A stretch of 64,000 nucleotides of DNA from an uncultured Magnetococcales bacterium (GTDB lineage Bacteria > Pseudomonadota > Alphaproteobacteria > UBA2136): assembly GCA_963974105.1 (NCBI GenBank), contig CAXBBG010000001.1, forward strand, positions 578,793-642,792, read 5' to 3'. This document shows, piece by piece, positions 59,161 to 64,000 of this stretch; position 1 is the first letter of the stretch; every line of letters starts with the position of its first letter. Below the pieces are notes generated by a model, which was not told where the DNA came from, ran no database searches, and was given only the letters and a program-made list of their open reading frames with translations. A program made the translations under genes and the position numbers.

Positions 59161-60432
59161 TTATATCTGGTCAAGCGCTTGGCTTAGATCAGCAATAATG
59201 TCATCGGCATTTTCAATACCAATACATAAACGTACATAGCCGTCTGTAATGCCTGCTTTGGCACGGTCTTCACTTGGAATTTGTGAATGTGTGGTGCTGG
59301 CAGGGTGAATCACCATAGATCGTACGTCACCAATGTGTGCAACGTGATAAAACATTTTAAGGCTTTCAGCTATTTTTTTACCAGCTTGTGTGCCACCCTT
59401 AACGTCCATGCCTACAAGTGGCCCGTAAACGCCGTTAAACTGCTTTTCAGCCAGTTCTTTTGTGCCGTCTGTCGCGAGGCTTGGGTAAACCACGTTTTGT
59501 ACTTTAGGATGGTTTTGAAGATATTCAGCAACCTTTTTAGCGTTTGCGCAATGTTTTTCCATGCGTAGGCTTAATGTTTCTAAACCTTGGTTCATTAAAA
59601 AGGCATTCATAGGGGCAAGGCAGCCACCAAAGTCACGCAACATAGTTGCACGCAATTTTACAATATAGGCAAGTTTCCCAAATTTTTTAATCCACTCAAT
59701 ACCATGTAAAGATGGGTCGGGTTGATTCATCATTGGGAAGCGGTCAGGGTTGGCGCTCCAGTCAAAGTTACCGCTATCAACAACCATACCAGCCATAGCG
59801 TTCGCATGTCCGCCAATATACTTAGTTGCACTGTAAACAACAATGTCGGCACCTAGCTCAATTGGGCGGCAAATCGCAGGGGTTGCACATGTGTTGTCGA
59901 CCATTAAGGGTACGCCTACTTCTTTGGCTACTTTAGCAACATCAGCGATAGGGAATATGTTGAGGCGTGGGTTTGGTAAAACTTCACCAAAGAAAAGTTT
60001 TGTTTTATCGTCCATAGCGTTTCTAAAGTTTTCAGGGTCGTTGTGGTCCACAAAACGCGCTTCAATGCCATAGTCCTTAAAGATGTTGGCAAATAAGTTT
60101 GAAACACCGCCATATAGGTTACGTGAAGTCACAAAGTTATCGCCTGCTTTACATATGTTCATAATAGCATAAGCAATGGCTGTCATGCCTGAAGCAAGAC
60201 CAAGTGCACCAACACCCCCATCAAGAGCCGTCATTTTAGCTTCGAATTGATCAACTGTAGGATTGCCCATGCGAGAATATATTTGACCAAATTCATCTAA
60301 TGCGAATAAGTCGGCTGCTTGTGCGGCACTATCAAATTGAAATGAAACGTTTTGGTGGATAGGTGTAATAGCGCTACGGTGTGTAGCGTCACACTTAACA
60401 CCGCTATGAATAGCTAAAGTTTCGAAATGCAT
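59161..60432 (-). CDS. metY: O-acetylhomoserine aminocarboxypropyltransferase (O-acetylhomoserine sulfhydrylase), PLP-dependent
   Basis: Cys/Met-metabolism PLP enzyme family. The PLP lysine is in YSATKYIGGH, and the length is 423 aa. Confidence 0.85.
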   Translation of the reverse strand: MHFETLAIHSGVKCDATHRSAITPIHQNVSFQFDSAAQAADLFALDEFGQIYSRMGNPTVDQFEAKMTALDGGVGALGLASGMTAIAYAIMNICKAGDNFVTSRNLYGGVSNLFANIFKDYGIEARFVDHNDPENFRNAMDDKTKLFFGEVLPNPRLNIFPIADVAKVAKEVGVPLMVDNTCATPAICRPIELGADIVVYSATKYIGGHANAMAGMVVDSGNFDWSANPDRFPMMNQPDPSLHGIEWIKKFGKLAYIVKLRATMLRDFGGCLAPMNAFLMNQGLETLSLRMEKHCANAKKVAEYLQNHPKVQNVVYPSLATDGTKELAEKQFNGVYGPLVGMDVKGGTQAGKKIAESLKMFYHVAHIGDVRSMVIHPASTTHSQIPSEDRAKAGITDGYVRLCIGIENADDIIADLSQALDQI

Positions 60433-60465
60433 GGGTTTTGGTCCTTATTTTTTTAATTTAAAAGC

Positions 60466-60494
60466 ATTATACGATGATTTTTTGAAATGTCCAA
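60466..60494 (-). promoter_or_regulatory. predicted sigma70-type promoter of metY
   Basis: On the minus strand: TTGGAC, a 17-nt spacer, then TATAAT, located about 30 nt upstream of the metY ATG. Confidence 0.5.
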
Positions 60495-60512
60495 ATGTTG
60501 CAATGAATTAAC

Positions 60513-61487
60513 TTGAATCTTAGCAATGTTCACGGCATTATAGAGCTTATGAATTATCCAGAAATTACACCATATCAAACAGGGCACCTCGATAGGGGTT
60601 TACATAAAATTTATTTTGAATGCAGCGGTAATCCCAAAGGTTTACCGATTGTTTTTTTGCATGGAGGTCCTGGTAGCGGTACGCAGGCGTGGCAACGTCA
60701 ATTTTTTGACCCCCAAAAATTCCATATTATATTGTTGGATCAACGTGGATGTGGAAAAAGTGAACCGCACGCCAGTTTAGAAGACAATACAACGGCGCAT
60801 TTAGTAGCAGATGTTCATGCTTTAAAAGAATACCTTAACATTGAAAAATGGCATGTGATTGGTGGCTCTTGGGGGAGTACGTTGGCGCTGGCTTACGCCG
60901 ACAAATATGCAGAAGAAATTTTATCTTTAACCATGTGGGGTATATTTTTGTGCCGTGAACGTGAACTTTTTGACCTTTATCATGAAGGCGGTGTGGCGAG
61001 CCGTGTTTTTGCCGATGTTTTTGACACATATATAAATATTTTACCAGAATCCGATAGGGCGAACCCTATTGCTGGTTACTATAAAATCCTTCATGGAAAC
61101 GATAAAAAATTAATAGCCCAGGCGCTGCGCCTTTGGAAAAAGTGGGAAGTTAGTATTTCACGACTTGAAATGCCTGTGGCCGATATTGAAAAAAGTCTTG
61201 AAAATGAAGATGGGGTTGAAGCCTTTTCGCTGATAGAAAATCATTATTTTATGAACAATGGTTTTATAGACGGTGATAGACTTTTAAAAAGCGTGGGCAC
61301 GAAGGTTAAAAATATACCGGTTTCTATTATTCAAGGACGCTATGATATGGTTTGTCCTTTTAAAACCGCCTATGAATTACATAAAAATATTCCGCATAGT
61401 CAATTGCACGTTATTTCAAATGCAGGGCATTCTTCTAAGGAACAAAAGTCGTTAGAGAAAATTGTAAACACACTTAATAGTTTGTAA
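60513..61487 (+). CDS. pip: proline iminopeptidase (prolyl aminopeptidase, S33 alpha/beta hydrolase)
   Basis: GLPIVFLHGGPGSG and the nucleophile elbow GGSWGSTLALAYA. Confidence 0.9.
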   Translation: MNLSNVHGIIELMNYPEITPYQTGHLDRGLHKIYFECSGNPKGLPIVFLHGGPGSGTQAWQRQFFDPQKFHIILLDQRGCGKSEPHASLEDNTTAHLVADVHALKEYLNIEKWHVIGGSWGSTLALAYADKYAEEILSLTMWGIFLCRERELFDLYHEGGVASRVFADVFDTYINILPESDRANPIAGYYKILHGNDKKLIAQALRLWKKWEVSISRLEMPVADIEKSLENEDGVEAFSLIENHYFMNNGFIDGDRLLKSVGTKVKNIPVSIIQGRYDMVCPFKTAYELHKNIPHSQLHVISNAGHSSKEQKSLEKIVNTLNSL

Positions 61488-61630
61488 TTTAAATTTTAGG
61501 TTATTATTCGCTTGCGTAGAGTGCATATTACTGTTAAAACCGCCGGTCTGGAAAAGTATCTTCCTGACCTTTTATCGTCATAAATGACAACACAAATATT
61601 CATTCAAACGTTTATGCGGTGAATACACGT

Positions 61631-61649
61631 CGTAAAATTTAATTTTACG
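61631..61649. promoter_or_regulatory. perfect 9-bp inverted repeat (candidate operator)
   Basis: CGTAAAATT-t-AATTTTACG, 30 nt upstream of the ATG at 61680. Confidence 0.4.
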
Positions 61650-61679
61650 TATCTTTTTCTCTTTTGAGGGATAATATTT

Positions 61680-62213
61680 ATGTCAAATATTGTAAAAATT
61701 GCACGTACAGAAACAGGTGTTGTTAAAAAGCGCCGCCAATACCCCAAGCCTGTTATTGCGCTTTTACGCTTAACTGAGTGTTTTGTGAAAAATGCTGAAG
61801 GGTATAATGATGCGTCAAACGTAGGCTTTCGGGACTGTTATATTGTAACACTGGATAATGTCACTACGGTAAATATAAAAGATGTAGACGCTTATCTTTC
61901 ACGTTTTCACGCGTCGGTGATGAAAATTACATTGGATACGTTGAGCGATGAACGCGTCATAAAAAGTGTCGATAAAAATATGCTTATCCTCGCCCAGTCT
62001 GTTTTGGAAAAGGCGTCTACAGCAACAAGTTATATTTTTGTCAATCAGGTTACATGTAATCAGTTTATTGCTTGGGCTGGTGCCCATTTGGTTGCTGCTG
62101 ACTTGTATGTGGATAGTATAAAAGTTCGACAATTAACAGCGGCCGAAAAAGAAGAACGACAGTCTTTGATCAAGGCTCAACTTGAAGAAAATCAAGAAAA
62201 CTGTGCCGCTTAG
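61680..62213 (+). CDS. hypothetical protein
   Basis: 177-aa ORF, terminated by a strong bidirectional hairpin. No recognisable domain. Confidence 0.55.
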   Translation: MSNIVKIARTETGVVKKRRQYPKPVIALLRLTECFVKNAEGYNDASNVGFRDCYIVTLDNVTTVNIKDVDAYLSRFHASVMKITLDTLSDERVIKSVDKNMLILAQSVLEKASTATSYIFVNQVTCNQFIAWAGAHLVAADLYVDSIKVRQLTAAEKEERQSLIKAQLEENQENCAA

Positions 62214-62216
62214 CGA

Positions 62217-62253
62217 ATAAAAAAAGAACCACCATAAGGTGGTTCTTTTTTTG
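62217..62253. terminator. bidirectional intrinsic terminator between the hypothetical gene (+) and acnA (-)
   Basis: 9-bp stem AGAACCACC / GGTGGTTCT with an ATAA loop, flanked by A9 and T7. Confidence 0.8.
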
Positions 62254-62265
62254 TGGATGATACTT

Positions 62266-64000
62266 TTACAAAGCTGCACGGATTGTGTTGAGTGCACTAC
62301 CGTTTTTAAACCAAACCAACTGCTCATCATTGAGTGAGTGTTGAAGTTCTACTTCAACAGAAGAGCCGTCTTTGTGGTGCAGAGCCGCTGTAACTTTGCT
62401 ACCTGGTGCGAGGGTTTTTAGGCCAACCAAGTCAATGCTGTCACCTTGCTCTACCAAGTCATAGTCACTTGGGTTTACAAATGTAAGTGGCAGTACACCT
62501 TGTTTTTTCAGGTTTGCTTCATGGATGCGCGCAAAGCTACGTGTGATAACTGCACGGCAACCAAGGAGACGTGGGCTCATTGCTGCGTGCTCACGTGAAG
62601 AACCTTCACCGTAGTTGGCATCACCAATGGCAACCCAGCCTTCACCGTGGCCTTTAATGTCACGTGCAATTTTGCTAAATAGCTCTTTTTCACCTGTGAA
62701 TGGGTTAGTACCGTGACCAGCTTCACCGTTAAAGGCATTGATAGCGCCATTAAACATGTTGTCGCTAATGTTGTTGAGGTGTCCGCGGAATTTTAACCAT
62801 GGGCCCGCAGGCGAAATGTGGTCAGTCGTACATTTACCTTTGGCTTTAAGAAGTAATTTTAGACCTTTATAGTCATCACCGTTCCATCTGTCGAATGGTG
62901 TCAGTGTTTGAAGACGTTCGCTTCCAGGCGTCACAACAACTTCAACATGGCCGACAGCTGGTGCTTGGTAACCTTTTTCATCTTTTACAAAGCTTGTTGC
63001 AGGTACTTCTGCAACATTTTCTGGCACGCTCATGCGGAAAGTTGTACCGTCAGCCGCTTCAATGTCTGTGTTGAATGGGTCAAGGTCTAAGCGTCCGAAT
63101 AATGCGTATGCCAAAACAGTTTCAGGACTACCGATGAATGAACATGTTTGTGGGTTGCCATCGTTACGTTTAGGGAAGTTACGGTTGTATGAGTTGATGA
63201 TAGAATTTTCTTCACCCATTTTTATGTCGTCACGCTTCCACTGACCAATGCAAGGGCCACAAGCGTTTGCAAGTACAGTTGCACCGAGCTTTTCTAGTTT
63301 TGCAAGTTGACCATCACGTATAATTGTTTGGTGTACTTGTTCACTACCAGGTGTGATAAGAAGTGGCATTTTAAGTTTTGCACCCTTTTCAATAAGCTGA
63401 TCAGCCATGGCAGCAATGCGTCCCATGTCTTCGTATGAAGAGTTTGTGCATGAGCCGATAAGTGCAGATGTTAAGTTTGTTGGCCAGCCACCTTTTTCCA
63501 TATGCTCTTTCATGTCGCCAAGGGCAACGGCAAGGTCTGGAGAGTGTGGGCCTACCACATGTGGTTGAAGTTCGCTTAAGTTAATTTCAACAACTTTTTC
63601 GTAATATTTCTCTGGGTTTGCAATTACTTCGTCGTCCGCGCGAAGAAGGTGTGCGTACTTATCGCATACAGCTGCGGTGTCGGCACGTTCTGTAACACCT
63701 AAGTATGTTTTCATGCGTTCGTCATAAGGGAATACAGATGTTGTTGCACCAAGTTCAGCGCCCATGTTACAGATGGTCGCTTTACCTGTACAAGAGATTG
63801 AGTTAACACCTTCACCAAAGTATTCAATAACGCGGTTAGTACCGCCGGCACATGTGAGGATGCCAAGTAATTTAATAATAACGTCTTTTGGAGCTGTCCA
63901 GCCATTTAGTTTACCTGTAAGTTTTACACCAAGAATTTTTGGGTGTAATACTTCCCAAGGCATATCAACCATCACGTCAACAGCGTCAGCACCACCAACA
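62266..64000 (-). CDS. acnA: aconitate hydratase A (C-terminal about 578 aa; N-terminus lies beyond the window end)
   Basis: The frame stays open past the annotated ATG to the window edge (VGGADAVDVMMVDMPWEV...). The SVPE and SGTNSSYED-like and swivel-domain motifs match AcnA. Confidence 0.95.
   Translation of the reverse strand, partial: VGGADAVDVMVDMPWEVLHPKILGVKLTGKLNGWTAPKDVIIKLLGILTCAGGTNRVIEYFGEGVNSISCTGKATICNMGAELGATTSVFPYDERMKTYLGVTERADTAAVCDKYAHLLRADDEVIANPEKYYEKVVEINLSELQPHVVGPHSPDLAVALGDMKEHMEKGGWPTNLTSALIGSCTNSSYEDMGRIAAMADQLIEKGAKLKMPLLITPGSEQVHQTIIRDGQLAKLEKLGATVLANACGPCIGQWKRDDIKMGEENSIINSYNRNFPKRNDGNPQTCSFIGSPETVLAYALFGRLDLDPFNTDIEAADGTTFRMSVPENVAEVPATSFVKDEKGYQAPAVGHVEVVVTPGSERLQTLTPFDRWNGDDYKGLKLLLKAKGKCTTDHISPAGPWLKFRGHLNNISDNMFNGAINAFNGEAGHGTNPFTGEKELFSKIARDIKGHGEGWVAIGDANYGEGSSREHAAMSPRLLGCRAVITRSFARIHEANLKKQGVLPLTFVNPSDYDLVEQGDSIDLVGLKTLAPGSKVTAALHHKDGSSVEVELQHSLNDEQLVWFKNGSALNTIRAAL

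Noticed and set aside
60433-60512. SAM riboswitch upstream of metY
   Set aside because: Only about 30 nt lie between the predicted -10 box and the ATG, which is too short for a riboswitch.

Overview
The window is a 64 kb, densely coded chromosomal segment (about 60 protein-coding genes, roughly 40% GC) from a low-GC proteobacterium. Gene order points to an alphaproteobacterium and possibly a host-associated lineage, but that is inference from sequence alone: the ybeY-tlyC/corC-lnt-XRE neighbourhood sits beside metK-trmB, and rimP-nusA-infB-rbfA-truB-rpsO-pnp is in its usual order. I found no rRNA, tRNA, CRISPR array, transposase or phage integrase. Recognisable housekeeping genes are obgE, priA, xerC with DUF484, rfaE-kdsB (LPS core), phoH, trpS, gloB, crcB, trmB, metK, ybeY, tlyC, lnt, the rimP-nusA-infB operon, rbfA, truB, rpsO, pnp, rimI, tsaB, a 1617-aa NAD-glutamate dehydrogenase, metY, pip and the 3' part of acnA. 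The window begins inside a Qng1/DUF2419 queuosine-salvage homologue and ends inside acnA. Interspersed with these are lineage-specific genes with no assignable function: a 1005-aa lipoprotein; an orphan gene with a type IVb prepilin-like N-terminus; two small exported proteins sharing an exact 20-nt upstream motif; a Cys-rich exported protein wedged into rbfA-truB; two genes inserted between rpsO and pnp; and a triad of low-complexity Ser/Thr/Gly/Ala-rich genes upstream of gdh. A four-gene signalling cluster (PAS-GGDEF cyclase, methyltransferase, GT2 glycosyltransferase, hybrid histidine kinase with a pseudo-receiver and Hpt) has two divergent promoter regions that share a 12-mer, one of which also holds a 15-bp perfect inverted repeat. 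Many intrinsic terminators are bidirectional hairpins between convergent genes. No single obviously novel multi-gene system (defence island, secretion apparatus or similar) is supported; the most defensible candidates are the co-regulated signalling/glycosylation cluster and the clusters of exported or low-complexity proteins.
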